Positions 12,350 to 26,859 of a stretch of 64,000 nt of DNA are shown here, piece after piece. The notes under the pieces are model-generated. The model worked only from the letters and a program-made list of their open reading frames with translations, was not told the origin of the DNA and did not search any database. The first letter of the stretch is position 1. Every line of letters begins with the position of its first letter. The position numbers and the translations under genes are program-made. This DNA is from Hypanus sabinus (Eukaryota): NCBI RefSeq assembly GCF_030144855.1, contig NC_082731.1:28830001-28894000 (forward strand), in the 5' to 3' direction.

Positions 12350-13260
12350 GGGCAATGCAATTGCTGTACCACTTAGAAAAATTGGAAGAATGGGCAAAAA
12401 GTGCCAGATGAATTACAATCTTGGGAAATGTATGATAATTCATTTTAGCAAAAGGAGCAACAGTGCAGACTTTTATCGAAATGAGAAGAAGGTTCAAACA
12501 TCAGAGATGCAAAGTGACTTAGGAGTCCTTGTGTGAGACTCCCAGAAGGTTAATTTACAGGTCGAGTCTGTGGTGAAGAAAGCAAATGGAATGTTGACAT
12601 TTATTTCAAGGGGAATAGAGTATAAAAGCAAGGAGATAATGTTGAGGCTTCATAAGGCACTAATCAGGCCACACTTAGGGTACTGTCATCAGTTTTGAGC
12701 CCAATATCTCAGAAAGGATGTGTTTTCATTGGAGAGAGTCCAGAGGAGGTTCATGAGGATGACTCATGAATAAAGGGGATGAGGAATGAAGGGTTTAACG
12801 TTTGAGAAGCATATGGCAGCTTTGGGCCTGGACTCACTGGAGTTTAGAATAATGTGGGGCAATCTTATTGAAACCTACCGAATGTTGAAAAGAATAGATA
12901 GGATGGATGTGGAGTCGATGTTTCCTCTGGTGGGGGTATCTGGAACAAGAGAGCACAGCCCCAAAATAGAGGGGCAATCTTTTAGAACAAAGATAAGGAA
13001 TATTTTTTTTTAAGTCTGAGAATGCTGAATCTGTGGAATGCTCTGCCACAAACTGTAGTGGAGGCTAAATCGTGGATATATTTAAGGTGGAAGTTAATAG
13101 TTTCCTAATTGGTCAGGGCATCAAAAAATATGGTGAGAAGGCAGGTGTATGGGGTTGACTGGAGTCCGGGATCAGCATTGATGGAATGGTAGGACAGCAT
13201 TGATGGGTGGAATGGCCAAATACTGCTCCTGTTTCATGGTCTTACATCTGATGTGGACTT
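12350..13260 (+). mobile_element. CR1 3' fragment
   Basis: ORF2 C-terminal motifs (QSDLGVLV, NLIETYRML) and a CR1-type 3' UTR. Confidence 0.75.
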
Positions 13261-14420
13261 GCCAGAGAAAAGGTGTTCCCAAATTAATGGTTCTTTGTTC
13301 CTGTCTAATGCCGTTGTACATTGCCCTGTGTCAATTTAAATCTCTTCCACAAGGACCATACCTATCCTTGTTGATAGCGACCCTGAAAGTTAACCAGTTG
13401 TGGTCACGATTCCCGAACTGTTCACCCATTGAAAGGCCAGTCACCTGGCCAGACTCATTCCCCAACACCAGGTACAGTATGGTCCTTCCTTTCACTGGAC
13501 TGTCACACATTGATTTAAGAAACCTACTTAACAGATTCAAACCCATCTGACCCCTTACACTCAGAAGCTCCCAGTTTATATTAGGGAAGCTGAAATCCCC
13601 CGTGACACCAACCCTATTATTATTACACTTCTCCTTCATCTGATTACATATCTGCTCCTCAATGTCCCAGTGGCTATCAGGGGGTCCGTAGTACAATCCC
13701 ATCAGTGGGATTGCACCCTGTCTATTCCTGAGATTCACCCAAATGGACTCAGTTTCTGACTCCTCCATTATGTCTCCTCTGAGTGCAGCTGTGATATTGT
13801 CCCTGATCAGGAGTGCAACCCCCCCCCCCCTCGCCCCCCACACAACCCTTACCTACTCCTCTATCTTTTCCAGAACTCCAAAAACCTGGCACATTAATCA
13901 CCCATTCCTGCCTGCCGCTCTGTCAACTAAGTTTCAGTAATGGCTACAACACCGTAGTTTCATGTACTGATCCATCACCCTTACCCATAATACTCGCAGC
14001 TTTAAAATATACACACCTCAAACTATCCAACCCATCCTACCTGTCATTTCAATTTTGCCTTTCAATACCTTCTCTGTCATCTAACTTCTGGTCAGATCCA
14101 TTCCCTACTGACTTGGGACTCTGGTTCTCAGCCCCCTACAAAACTAGTTTAAACTCTCCCAGGCAGCATCAGTAAACCTCACAGCCAGGATACTGGCTCC
14201 TCTCCAGTTCAAGTGCAAACCAGCCCAATCTATCTGCATATTGAAATTCCCGATGACTCTTTTAACACTGCACTGTTGACATGCATTTTCTATCTCTCAT
14301 TGTAACTTGTAGACCACATCTTTGCTACTGTTCGGAGGTCTGTATGTAGCTCCCATCAAGGACTTTACCCTTACTGTTTCTTAGCTCTACCCACAACAAT
14401 TCTACACCTTCCAATCCTTT
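13261..14420 (-). mobile_element. CR1 ORF1 end/ORF2 endonuclease fragment
   Basis: RGGGVALLIRD, ESIWVNLRN and GDFSFPNINW motifs in ORF 13331..13843. Confidence 0.75.
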
Positions 14421-14959
14421 GTCACTTCTTTCTAATGATTTGGTTTAATTTTTTCCCAACACAGCTACACCACACCCCCCGCCTACCTCCCTGTCCTTTC
14501 AATACAATGTGTATCCTTGGGCATCACCCCAATGATCATCACCCTTCTCGATTTTGTCCCTCTTTTACATTTCAACTTATCCCATTGACTGCAATTTTGC
14601 CCTATCATCAGCCTTTGCTTGCTAGCAGACTCACTACACACTGCCTCTGTTGTTAAACCAACTCAGACCTATCACTCCATTTCCCATCCCCTGTCAAATT
14701 AGTTCAAACCCTTCTGAACAGCTCCAGCAAAGCTGCCCACAAAGATATTTATCTTCCTTGGATTCACGTGCAACCTGTGAATATTCTTCCACCTTTTCCT
14801 TATCAAGACCCAGACGACCCAACATATTGATGCAGCTTCAGAGAAGGCACAACAGCTGCTATATTTCTTTAGGAGCTTGAGGAGATTTGGTGTGTTACCG
14901 TGGAGAGCAGTCTCACTGCACACTGCCTCTGTTTGTAAACCAATGACAGAATATTATTA

Positions 14960-16560
14960 CTATCATGATAAATGATATATTTTCCAATAGAAATACTAGT
15001 ATTGGAATATCTTTATTTGTGGTTGATGGAGCAATGTGGAAAAGGGGTGGGAATGTGCAATTTATAACATGGAAACTTCAAGAAGCAAAAGTTAAGGTGG
15101 AAGATTGGGCATGAAAATGAGAATTCAGATTTTCAGCAGAGAAATCCAAAATAATGTTTTTCTCTAGGAAGAGGTCAGAACAACACTTGAAACTAAAGCT
15201 TTATGGTATGGAATTAGAAAGTGTGGATACATTTCAATTTTTAAGAATTTGGTTTGATAAAAGACTCACATGGTCAATACATATTAAAGAAATAATAACC
15301 AAAAGTAAGGAAGTGCTAAATGTTATGAGGTGTTCAACAGGAAAGGAATGTGGAGCTGATAGGAATCCCTTGAAAGCAATATATACAGGATTAATAAGAG
15401 CAATACTGGACTATGGAAGCATGGTATATGGATCAGCATCACACTGTGTGCTCAATAAACTGGATATCATTCAAAGTCAAGCATTAAGGTTAATCTGTGG
15501 GGCAATAAGGACAACACCAGTGGAGGCAATGCAGGTGGAGTTGGGAGAGACACCTCTGGAACTGAGAAGAACACAACTTGTGTTAACATATTGGGTAAAC
15601 CTACAAGGGCCTGGAGAAAATCATCCAACTAAACAGCTTTTAGATCCATGCTGGGAAAAGGAAAGAAGGAAATTCAGAAGTTTTGCATGGCCTATTGAAG
15701 GAAAAGCAGGAAGGACTAAGAATTAGTAATAAGTCAGTGAGTGATACAGTGTCTTTTACTGGGCTGCCTCCATGACTGTGTGAAGCACCAGAGGTGGATC
15801 CTAAATTATTCAGAAAGAGATAGAAAAATAGAGAAGTGATTTTAAATCAAGTTATAGTTGAAGTCCATGTAAATAATGATCATTATGTACTGTATATTTA
15901 CAAATGCAAACAAATGCTTCAAAAATGGCAATGGTAGATTAGGGGTAGGATTGGTAGTGCCTGATTTGAACGTGAAAAAACAGGTGAAGAAAAATGATGA
16001 TTTCTCAGTGCATACAGGGGAAATGACAGCTGGACTATTCACTTTGCAGTCGGTGGAGGAGGTAAGACCGATGAGTGTTGTAATATTGTCTGATTCAAGG
16101 ACAACAATCAGGACTCAAAAAGATTTACGTTTTGAGGCAAGATGAGACATTGTAAGTAAGGTAATGCAACCCTTATTTCGACCACATAATAATGTCCAGA
16201 AAGAAATGGGATAGTTGAGGAATGCAGGAAAGAGCAGAAGGTGATAACATCAAGATTGAGTTTTGGGCACAGAGTTTAAGTACATTGTTTTTCATGAAGA
16301 AACACAATACAGGGAGTTGTGAATATTGTAATCAAGACATAATCAAGAGGGGGGTTGGTTGATTTTAGAGTTATCACAGAGTAAAATAAAATTTAAAATT
16401 AACAGCATTTTGCAGAAAGGACTGCAGGATTATTGCTTTAAATAAATAGTGCAGTTCCTTACAAACACAGGCCTTTTTATAAATTTGATACAAATATAAA
16501 TATGGGGTCAAATTTAAAAATGTGTTTCATGATATGTTAACCCACACTCTGGTTCTGTAG
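14960..16560 (+). mobile_element. Nimb/I-clade non-LTR retrotransposon 3' part (post-RT region plus RNase H)
   Basis: FL.IWFDKRLTW, LIRAILDYGSMVYGSAS and QALRLICGAIRTTPV; RNase H-like T.A.K..G..GVG, FSVHTGEM.A and VILSDS. Confidence 0.65.
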
Positions 16561-16999
16561 TGGTGATAATGCACCTTAAAGTTTTTTGCCAACTGCCATA
16601 AAAACCTCAGAACATTATCAACTAGTGAAAAGCCCAGATGGGGTTGATGTGGAGAGGATGTTTGCAAGAGCGTCGGGATGTAAGTATACACAGACCATTC
16701 CCGCTATAGGCGGTTTGCCGAGGGAAGACAGAGAAGGGAAACACCAGAGTAAAAGTCAGGCATACACAGTAAACCAGACCTCCCACCTACCTGTTTCTAT
16801 CCTTGCTGCCATCGGTTAAAAGGCCCGTCTTACATCTGGCTAGAGAAATGCAGACCGTCTACCTCTATTGGTTGAAGGTCTGCAGGTTCCCACTCTCCCT
16901 TTTTATCTCCATTGGTTTGCACGCAGATCCAACATATGGCTTGCCTTACCAGTGTTCATGTTTTTTAAAGTTGGGAGTTGAATCACATGAAAATTTTTC

Positions 17000-17870
17000 A
17001 GAAAGGTTCAGTTCCTCAGCACAGACTCATCCTGCAAATTAACCATGAGGGAATTCTGCACAAGGATTCGCAAATCCCTTTGCCCCTCAGAGTTTTGTAT
17101 TTTTTGTCCATTTAGAAAAGAGTCAACCGTCTCATTTCTTTTACCAAAGAGTATAACCATACACTTCCCAACATTGTATTCCATCTGCCTCATCTTTGCC
17201 CATTCTCCTAATCTATTTAACTGTTTCTGTATCGTCTCTACTTCCTCAAAACTACCTGCCCCTCGACCTACCTTCATATCGTCTGCAAACTTTCCAACAG
17301 AGTCATAAAGTCCAACATCCAAATCACTGACATAATATAAAAAGATATAATCTTTCTGAATGTGGTGGTGTGCACCATCTAGTCCACGTGACTTATCTAC
17401 CTTCAGACCTTTCAATTTCTCAAGAATCTTCTCTGTAGTAATGATAGCTTCACACACTTCATGACCCCGACACCTGGAACTTCTACCAGACTGCTAGTGT
17501 CTTCCTCACTGATGCAAGATACTTATTTAGTGTGCCCACCATTTTCTTGTCCCCAATTATTACCTCTCCAGCATTGTTTTCCAGTTGTCCTATACCCACT
17601 CTTGCCTCTCTTTTACACTTTATGTATCTGAAGCAACATTTGGTGTTCTCTTTAATATTGTTGAGTAAATTCTTTAGTATTCCATCTTATTCCTCTTACT
17701 GACTTTTTTAGTTGCCTTCTGTTGGTTTTAAATGCTTCTCAATCCTCTAACTTCCCACCAATGCGAGCTCAATTATATGCCCTCTCTCTGGCTGTTATGT
17801 TGCTTTTGATTTCCCTTGTTCACCATGGTTGCATCATCTTGCCTTTTGAACATTTCTTCCTTCTCAAATC
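17000..17870 (-). mobile_element. CR1 ORF2 fragments with internal deletion
   Basis: KVDKS.G.DG.H and FADDMKVG motifs. Confidence 0.7.
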
Positions 17871-17879
17871 CCCGTCTGA

Positions 17880-19390
17880 ATCATCAGTGAGGCATTACGG
17901 AGGGTTATTTCCCTCTTGGAAATAGACTTTGAGGTTCAGCGTAAAGGAGTCTTTTTCCTTCCTTCAGAACTGGTGGCTGGATTTCATAAGTTTGGCTGCA
18001 AGTTCCCCAGACTGTTCAGATATTTCCTTGGTCCTCGGCTGAACTAGGGGACTTGACTAGAGAGTGTTGGGACTTGCAGAGCATTGACTGAAGAAGGCTT
18101 GTTCATCCTTGAGGACAGTATCGAGAAGGTCTCAGGTTACCTCACACTGAAGGCTGCCCTCTTATTGGTTGTTGGTCATGGGAGAGTCTGAGTCTCAGAA
18201 CACCATGGCACAAACAAACCCTGTTATGATGACTGGAGAAAGCAATGATTTTCCCCTCCCTCCAGTCCACAGCCTGGGACATTCGGCCCACCAGTGACAT
18301 ACTTCCCCACAGTAAAAGCAGCGATCTTGACTCTGACACCGGGACCTATCATCAGCAGAGAGTCCTGTACAACCGACCTGAATGAGTTTGACTGGATCTT
18401 GAGTAGTGATGGGCTGCTTATGGTCCAAGGTTGGTGGGGGGGGGGGGGTGAAACTGATGCATAGAGACTAGAATTGCACCGACTCACTTTGATTTCCTGA
18501 AGTGGTCCCACTTTCACTCTGCCACACGATTATTGAGATGGATGCACTGATCACTGAAAGCTTCTAAGATCTCAGCTGGCTCTCCCAAGGTGAGGTGTCC
18601 TTCAGTTCATTTGTGGCAGTAGAACATGGCCACAGCCTCCCTATTCCAACCACTCTCCTGGGCTAAGATCCAAAATTCAACTGCATTGTTGGCCGTGGAC
18701 CGTAGCCCGTGTTGAATCTTCATCAACTGATCTGAGGCTCGCTGGCTCTGGTGAGGTGATCAAACATCTTCCTCCTAGCGGCCATGAATTCCTCAAAATC
18801 CCAGCAGATCTGTGACCGATGTTCCCAATGCGCTGTGGCCCAAGGTAGAGCTCTTCCGGTCCGGAGAGAGATAATGAAGGCCACCTTTCCTTGATCTGAA
18901 GGGAACGGGAACAGCTGTTGTTCAAACATGAATGAGCATCGGGTGAAGGGCCACAGCAAGAACCCAAGTCACTGTCAAATCTCTCTGGGGTTGAATGATG
19001 TGCTGGCTCTCCCGAGTGGCCTTGGCTTCCTCCTTGTGAAAGTTGTTGAATGGCTACCTGGAGTTCGTGAATCTCTGGGCCTTGCCTGGTAATCTTCGTC
19101 ACCACAGAAGACAAAAGATTTTGATATCCCACTGAGTCCATGTTGGCTCAATTGTAATGTTACAAGAGTCCTTGATGAGGATGATTTGGACCCAGTTGCC
19201 GGGGTAAATGAAGCAAGGTTCTAAACGTGGTAACAAACTAGATCTGAACACAAAACAAATGCTGGATGATATCACCAGTTGTGTTACGATTGAGCACCGA
19301 ACCTCTGTTCAACTGTTCCTTAAGTACTCAATTCGTGGTGCTCATACATGATTATCAATTAGCAGGACCATCATGAACCCTTAAAGGGGC
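17880..19390 (-). mobile_element. Degenerate Gypsy (Sushi/PEG10-like) gag with CCHC zinc knuckle and probable LTR remnant
   Basis: KVAFIISL.TGRAL.WATA.WE (retrotransposon gag) in ORF 18723..18959; knuckle CFYCGEVCHWWAEC in ORF 18195..18428. Confidence 0.7.
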
Positions 19391-22300
19391 CAATAGACAA
19401 TAGACAATAGGTGCAGAAGTAGACCATTCAGCCCTTTGAGCCTGCACCACCATTCTGAGATCATGGCTGATCATCTACTATCAATACCCAGTTCCTGCCT
19501 TGATCCCATATCCCTTGATTCCCCTATCCATAAGATAGCTATCTAGCTCCTTCTTGAAAGCATCCAGAGAACTGGCCTCCACTGCCTTCCGAGTCAGTGC
19601 ATTCCACACCCCCACAACTCTCTGGAAGAAGAAGTTTTTCCTTAACTCTGTCCTAAATGACCTACCCCTTATTCTCAAACCATGCCCTCTGGTACTGGAC
19701 TCTCCCAGCATCTGGAACATATTCCCTGCCACTATCTTGTCCAATCCCTTAATACTCTTATATGTTGTAATCAGATCCCCTCTCAATCTCCTTAATTCCA
19801 GCATATACAAGCCCAGTCTCTCCAACCTCTCTGCATAAGACAGTCCAGACATCCCAGGAATTAACCTCGTGAATCTATGCTGCACTTCCTCTATAGCCAG
19901 GATGTCCTTAACTCTGGAGACCAAAACTGTACACAATACTCCAGGTGTGGTCTCACCAGGGCCCTGTACAAATGCAAAAGAATATCCTTGCACTTGTACT
20001 CAATTCCCTTTGGACTAAAGGCCAACATTCCATTATCCTTCTTCACTGCCTGCTGCACTTGCTCATTCACCTTCAGTGACTGATGAACAAGTACTCCTAG
20101 GTCGCTTTGTATTTCTCCCTTACCTAACTCTACACCATTCAGATAATAATCTGCCTTCCTGTTCTTACTCCCAAAGTGGATAACCTCACACTTATTCACA
20201 TTAAACGTCATCTGCCAAGTATCTGCCCACTCACTCAGCCTATCCAAGTCACCCTGAATTCTCCTGACATCCTCATCACATGTCACACTGCCACCCAGCT
20301 TAGTATCATCAGCAAACTTGCTGATGTTATTCTCAATGCCTTCATCTAAAACGTTTATGTAAATCATAAACAGCTGTGGTCCCAATACCGAGCCCTGTGG
20401 CACCCCACTAGTCACCACCTGCCATTCCAAGAAACACCCATTCACCGTTACCCTTTGCTTTCTATCTGCCAACCAGTTTTCTATCCATGTCAATATCTTC
20501 CCCCCAATGCCATGAGCTCTGATTTTACCCACCAATCTCCTATGTGGGACCTTATCAAATGCCTTCTGAAAATCGAGGTACACTACATCCACTGGATCTC
20601 CCTTGTCTAACTTCCTGGTTACATCCTCGAAAAACTCCAATAGATTAGTCAAGCATGATTTGCCCTTGGTAAATTCATGCTGGCTCGGCCCAATCCTATC
20701 ACTGCTATCTAGAAATGCCACTATTTCATCTTTAATAATGGACTCTAGCATCTTCCCCACTACTGATGTTAGGCTGACAGGATGATAGTTCTCTGTTTTC
20801 TCCCTCCCTCCTTTCTTAAAAAGTGGGATAACATTAGCCATTCTCCAATCCTCAGGAACTGATCCTGAATCTAAGGAACATTGGAAAATGACTACCAATG
20901 CATCCGCAATTTCCAGAGCCACATCCTTTAGTATCCTAGGATGCAGACCATCTGGACCTAGGGATTTGTCAGCCTTCAGACCCTTCAGTTTACTCATCAC
21001 TGTTTCCTTACTAATGTCAATCTGTTTCACTTCCTCTGTTACTCTATGTCCTTGGCCCATCCATACATCTGGGAGATTGCTTGTGTCTTCCCTAGTGAAG
21101 ACAGATCTAAAGAACTTATATTCCTTTATATTCCTGGCTAGCTTGCATTCGTACCTCATTTTTTCTCCCTGTATTGCCTTTTTAGTTAAGTTCTGTTGTT
21201 CCTTAAAAATTTCCCAATCATCTGTCCTCCCACTCACCTTAGCTCTGTCATACTTCCTTTTTTTTAATGCTATGCAATCTCTGACTTCCTTTGTCAACCA
21301 CTGTGGCCCCTTTCCCCCCTTTGAATCCTTCCTTCTCTGGGGGATGTACTGATTTTGCAACTTGTGCATTATTCCCAAGAATACCTGCCATTGCTGTTCC
21401 ACTGTCTTTTCTGCTAGGATATCCATCCAGTTAACTTTGGCCAGCTCCTCCGTCATGGCTCCATAGTCTCCCCTGTTCAACTGCAACACTGACACCTCCG
21501 ATCTGCCCTTATCCTTCTCAAATTGCAGATAAAAACTTATCATATTATGGTCACTACCTCCTAATGGCTCCTTTATTTCAAGATCACTTATCAAATCCTG
21601 TTCACTACACCAGACTAAATCCAGAATAGCCTTGTCCTTGGTCAGCTCCCAGACAAGCTGTTCCAAGAATGCATCTTGTAGGCACTCTACAAACTCCCTA
21701 TCCTGTGGTCCAGCACCAACCTGATTCTCCCAATTCACCTGCATGTTGAAATCTTCCATAACTACTGCGACATTACCTTTGCCACATGTAATGTTAACTC
21801 CCTATTCAACTTGCACCCAATATCCATGCTACTGTTTGGTGGCCTGTAGACAACACCCATTAGGGTCTTTTCGTCCTTACTGTTCCTCAGTTCTATCCAT
21901 ACAGACTCTACTTCTCCTGATCCTATGTCCCCCCTTGCAAAGGACTGAATCTCATTCCTCACCAACAGGGCCACCCCACCCCCTCTGCCCATATTTCTGT
22001 CCCTATGATAGCACGTATACCCTTGTACATTCATTTCCCAGGTCTGATCTCCCTGCAGCCATGTCTCCGTTATCCCAACAACATCATAGTTACCCATTCG
22101 CACCTGAGCTTCAAGCTCATCTGCCTTATTTCTGACACTTCATGCATTCAGATATAGAATTTTTAGCCCATTTCTCCTCTCTCTGTTTAAATCTAGCCGT
22201 GCCAGATATCCGTACTCTTGGAAACTGGTGTAGTTTGGAGTGTCTTGTAAGAAAGACAATGTGAACGGCAGCTGTTCCTGGCAGCTGAGATGAAACATAC

Positions 22301-22930
22301 CATCTGTGTGTCGCTATCAAGCCCACAGAACCTCGTCCCTGTTCTTCTGACAAAGGAATCTCCTATCATCACTGTATTACTCTTAACCTCTCTCCTCTTC
22401 TGACCCACATCATCAGACTAAGTGCCAGAGACCCAGTCATTCTGGATCCTCCCAGTAGGTCAATTCCTCTCCATTGTATCTAAAGTTAAATACTGAAATT
22501 ATCGAGTGGAACAGCCACAGGTGTTCTCTGCACTGGTTGTGCATTTGCCCTCCTTTTCCTGACAGTCACCCAGCTACCTCTCTCCTGCAGCCTTGGGGTA
22601 ACTACCTCCCTGTAGCTCCTGTCTATCACCTCCTCAGTCTCCCGTATGAGTCAAAGCTCATCGAGTCGCGGCTTCAGTTCCTTAATACATTCTCTCAGTT
22701 GCTGCAACTCAGTGCATCTGGTACAGATGTGTTCACCTGAAAGACAGGAGTCTCCCAAACTTCCCACAACCCACACAGAGAGCAAAGCACTGCCCCTGGA
22801 GCCATTCTCACTAAATTACTTTGCCATAATAGATGAGGAATGAACAGATGGGAACAGAAAGAGAGAAACCTTATGGTCTTATGGAAGATGGTGCAGGGAT
22901 GAAATGGAGGAAATTCATGAGACATAATCT
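19391..22930 (-). mobile_element. Relatively young CR1 LINE with largely open ORF2 and (CTATTGT)n tail
   Basis: 622-aa ORF 19891..21759 with complete RT motifs; endonuclease start in 21762..22103; tail caatagacaatagacaatag at 19391. Confidence 0.9.
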
Positions 22931-22989
22931 CCCACACACAGAGCCTTGCTGACTAATCCTAATCAACCCAAGGATTTTTGAAGTAGCTC

Positions 22990-25900
22990 TTAACCCTCAA
23001 AGAACTTCTCCATTAAGACCATAAGTTATAGCAGTAGAATTAGGCCATTTTGGCCCATCAAGTCTGCTTCACCATTTCATCATGGCTGATCCATTTTCCC
23101 TCTCAACCCCAATCTCCTGCCTTCTCCCTGTCCACCTTCATGCCCTGACTAATCAAAAATCTATCAACCTCTGCCTTGAATATACCTAAAGAATTGGCCT
23201 CCACAGCCGCATGTGACAGTGAATTCCACAGGTTCATGACTCTCTGCTGATAAAAGTTTGTCCTGATCTCCTTTCTAAAAAAGGCCCCTCAATTTTGATG
23301 CTGTGCTCTCTGGTCGTAGACTCGTCCACCATAAGAAGCTTCCTCAACTCTGCCTGCCCTTCCACCTATCTTTGTATCAGTTGCAACCCTGCCTTAAAAG
23401 CCATCAATTCCATTATCCAAATTATTGATATTTTATATGAAAAGATGTGGTCACATGTAGTCACCGGTTACCGGCAGCTAACCAGAAAAGGCTCCCTTTA
23501 TTCCTAATCTGTGCCTCTTGACAATCAGCCAGGGTTCTAATCACCCCAGTATCTTTCCTGTAGTACCATGGGTTCTAAGGCAACACCACAAAATGCTGGT
23601 TGAGCTTAGCAGGCCTGGCAGCATCTGTGTAAAAGAGTCAACAGTCCATGTTTCAGGCTGATGAAGAGACTTGGCCCGAAACATCTTTTGTTTACTCTTT
23701 TCCATAGATACTGCCTGGCATCATCTGGCCAGGCCATTTCTTCTTTAGGATGCATCTATTTTGTGCATTCCAATTTTCTCCCAGAATCTCCAGCCATTGC
23801 TTCTCTGCCATCATCCCTGCTAGTATCCCCTTCCAATCAATTTTGGCCAGCTCCTCTCAATGCCTCTGAAATTCCCTTTACTCCACAGTAATACTGATAA
23901 GTATGACTTTAGCTCACCTTCTCAAAATATTTGCAGGGTGAATTCTATCATATTATGATCACTGGCTCCTAAGAGTTCCTTTAATTTTAACTCTGATTCA
24001 TTGCACAATCTCAAATCCAGAATAGCTAACTGCCTAGTGGGTTCAAACACCAGCTGCTCTAAAAAGCAAGCTAGTAGACATTCTACAAATTCATTCACTT
24101 GGGATCCGGCACCAAAACGATTTAGTACTGCACAGGACATTCAGCCCACAATGATGTGCTGAACAAGCTGTAAAGCAAATCAAAACCATCCAGTCATCAG
24201 TTCCTCCTACTTACATCATGTCCATACCCTCCTACTTCCTGAGAAAAACTGGAAAAGAGATTCTCTCTGTCCACTCTATCTATGCCTCTCATAATTTTGT
24301 CAACCTCTATAGATCCAGCTTTAGCTCTGATGCTCCAAAGAAAACAAACCAAGTTTATCCAGCCTCTCATGATAGCACATGCTCTCAAAACCAGGCAGCA
24401 TCCTCGTAAACCTCTTCTGCGCCCTCTCCAAAGCCTCAATATATTTCCCATAGTGGGACAACCAGAACTCTACGCAATACTCCAGATGTGATTGAACCAG
24501 ATTTTTGTAAAGTTGCAACATAACCTCCTGATCTTTGAACTCAATGCCACAACTAATAAAAGCAAGCCTTCCATAAACCTTGTTAACCCCCTTATTGACC
24601 TGCGCGGCCACTTTCAAGGAATTTGAACTTGCATCCCAAGATCTCTCTGCTCAGCAACACGGTTAAGGACCTTTCCCTTAAAGGTGTACCCTTGTTCTCT
24701 TCATAAATAGAGGTACAACATTAGTATTGAGGACTTATGTATCTTAATTGCTTTTTGGAGGCCCAATACTCCCTCCAATTTTACCTCAAAATGCCTGAAT
24801 TTATTTATACACTCAGCACTGATCTCTTGATCCTCCACATCCTTTACTTTTGTAAAGACTGAAGCTAAGTACTTATTAAGTACCTCACTCCCATTCTCTG
24901 CATCCAAGTAGATATTTCTCCCTTTATCATTGAGTGGTCCCACCCTCTCCTCAGTTATCCTCTTACCATTGACATATGTATAGAATGCCTTGGGATTCAC
25001 CTTATCCAACTTGCCAAGGATTTTTCATGGCCCATCCTGGCTTTCGTAATTCCCTTTGGTTCCTTTCTGGCTTCTTTGATTTTGTTTGATTTTACCCTCT
25101 GAAGATTTACATACATTATCTTTTTCTTCTTGACTAAATTCATCACCTCTCTGAACATCCAGGGTTCTCTTATCTTTCCATCCCCATTCTTCCTTCTGAC
25201 AGGAACATACTTTTCCTGTACTCCGTGCAATTGCTCTTTAAACACCCTCCACATATCTGATGTGGACTTGCCAAAGAAAAAGTGTTTCCAATTAACACTT
25301 CTTAGTTCCTGCTGAATGCCCTTGTAAATTGCCCTATGCCAATTTAAAATTGTTCCACAAGGATAATACCTATCTTTGTCGATAATTAACCATATAACAT
25401 ATAACCATATAACAATCACAGCACGGAAACAGGCCATCTTGGCCCTCCTAGTCTGTGCCGAACCCTTATTCTCACCTAGTCCCACCTACCCGCACTCAGC
25501 CCATAACCCTCCACTCCTTTCCTGTCCATATACCTATCCAATTTTACCTTAAATGACACAACTGAACTGGCCTCTACTACTTCTACAGGAAGCTCATTCC
25601 ACACAGCTATCACTCTTTGAGTAAAGAAATACCCCCTCGTGTTTCCCTTAAACTTCTGCCCCCTAACTCTCAAATCATGTCCTCTAGTTTGAATCTCCCC
25701 TACTCTCAATGGAAACAGCCTGTTCACGTCAACTCTATCTATCCCTCTCAAAATTTTAAATACCTCGATCAAATCCCCCCTCAACCTTCTACACTCCAAT
25801 GAATAGAGACCTAACTTGTTCAACCTTTCTCTGTAACTTAATTGCTGAAACCCAGGTAACATCCTAGTAAATCGTCTCTGCACTCTCTCTAATTTATTGA

Positions 25901-26859
25901 TATCTTTCCTATAATTCGGTGACCAGAACTGCACACAATATTCCAAATTTGGCCTTACCAATGCCTTGTACAACTTTAGCATTACATCCCAATTATCTTA
26001 AAAGTTAATGAGTTGTCACTCTTCCCTTACCGTTTACCCACTGAAAGGTCAGTCACCTGGCCAGGCTCATTCTCCAGTACCAGGAGCAGGGTGGCCCGTC
26101 CTTTCATTGGACCGTACACATACTGATTTGAGAAACCTTCCTGGATACACTTAACAAATTCAGCCCTATTGGAATCCCTTAAACTCTCCCATGTAGCATC
26201 AGAAAATCTTGAAGCCAGGATAATGATTCCCCTGCGGTTTTGGTGCAATCCGGCTGAATCAACCTGCATATTGAAATTCCCGATGATTATCTTAACATTT
26301 AACATGCATTTTCTGTCTCCTGTTCTAATTTGTAGACCACATATTTGCTATACTGTTTGCAGGTCTGTTTATAACTCCCATCAGCATACTTCACTCTTGC
26401 AAATTCTACACCATCCTATCCTATGTCACTAATTTCTTGTGATTTAATTTAATTTTTTAACAACACAGCCACACCTCACCTTCTGCCTATATTCCTGTTC
26501 TTTTGATACAATGTCTATCCTTGGACATCAAGCTCCTAGCTATAATCTTCTTTCATCCACAATTCAGTGATGCCCACAAGTTCATACATGCCAATCTGTA
26601 GCTGTGCTACAAGTTCATCTAGCCTACTCCATATACTATGTGCATTCAGATATAACACCTTCAGTCCTGTATTCATCACAGTTTAAAATTTTGTCCCCTT
26701 TTTACATTGCAACTCATCCTGTTGAGTGCAATTTTACCCGAACATCAGTTTCTTTCTAGCAGTATCACTACACATTGCCTTTGTTTGTAAACCAATGATT
26801 TGATCCTCATCCCTTTCACTTAATTTCCCATCCGCCTGCCAAATTTGGTTAAACCCTTC
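22990..26859 (-). mobile_element. Cluster of nested CR1 fragments, mostly minus strand, including a young 3' end at ~25390-25985
   Basis: Multiple ORF2 fragments (e.g. 25476..25982 MLKLYKALVRPNLEYCVQFWSP); tail ccatataacatataaccatataac. Confidence 0.7.
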
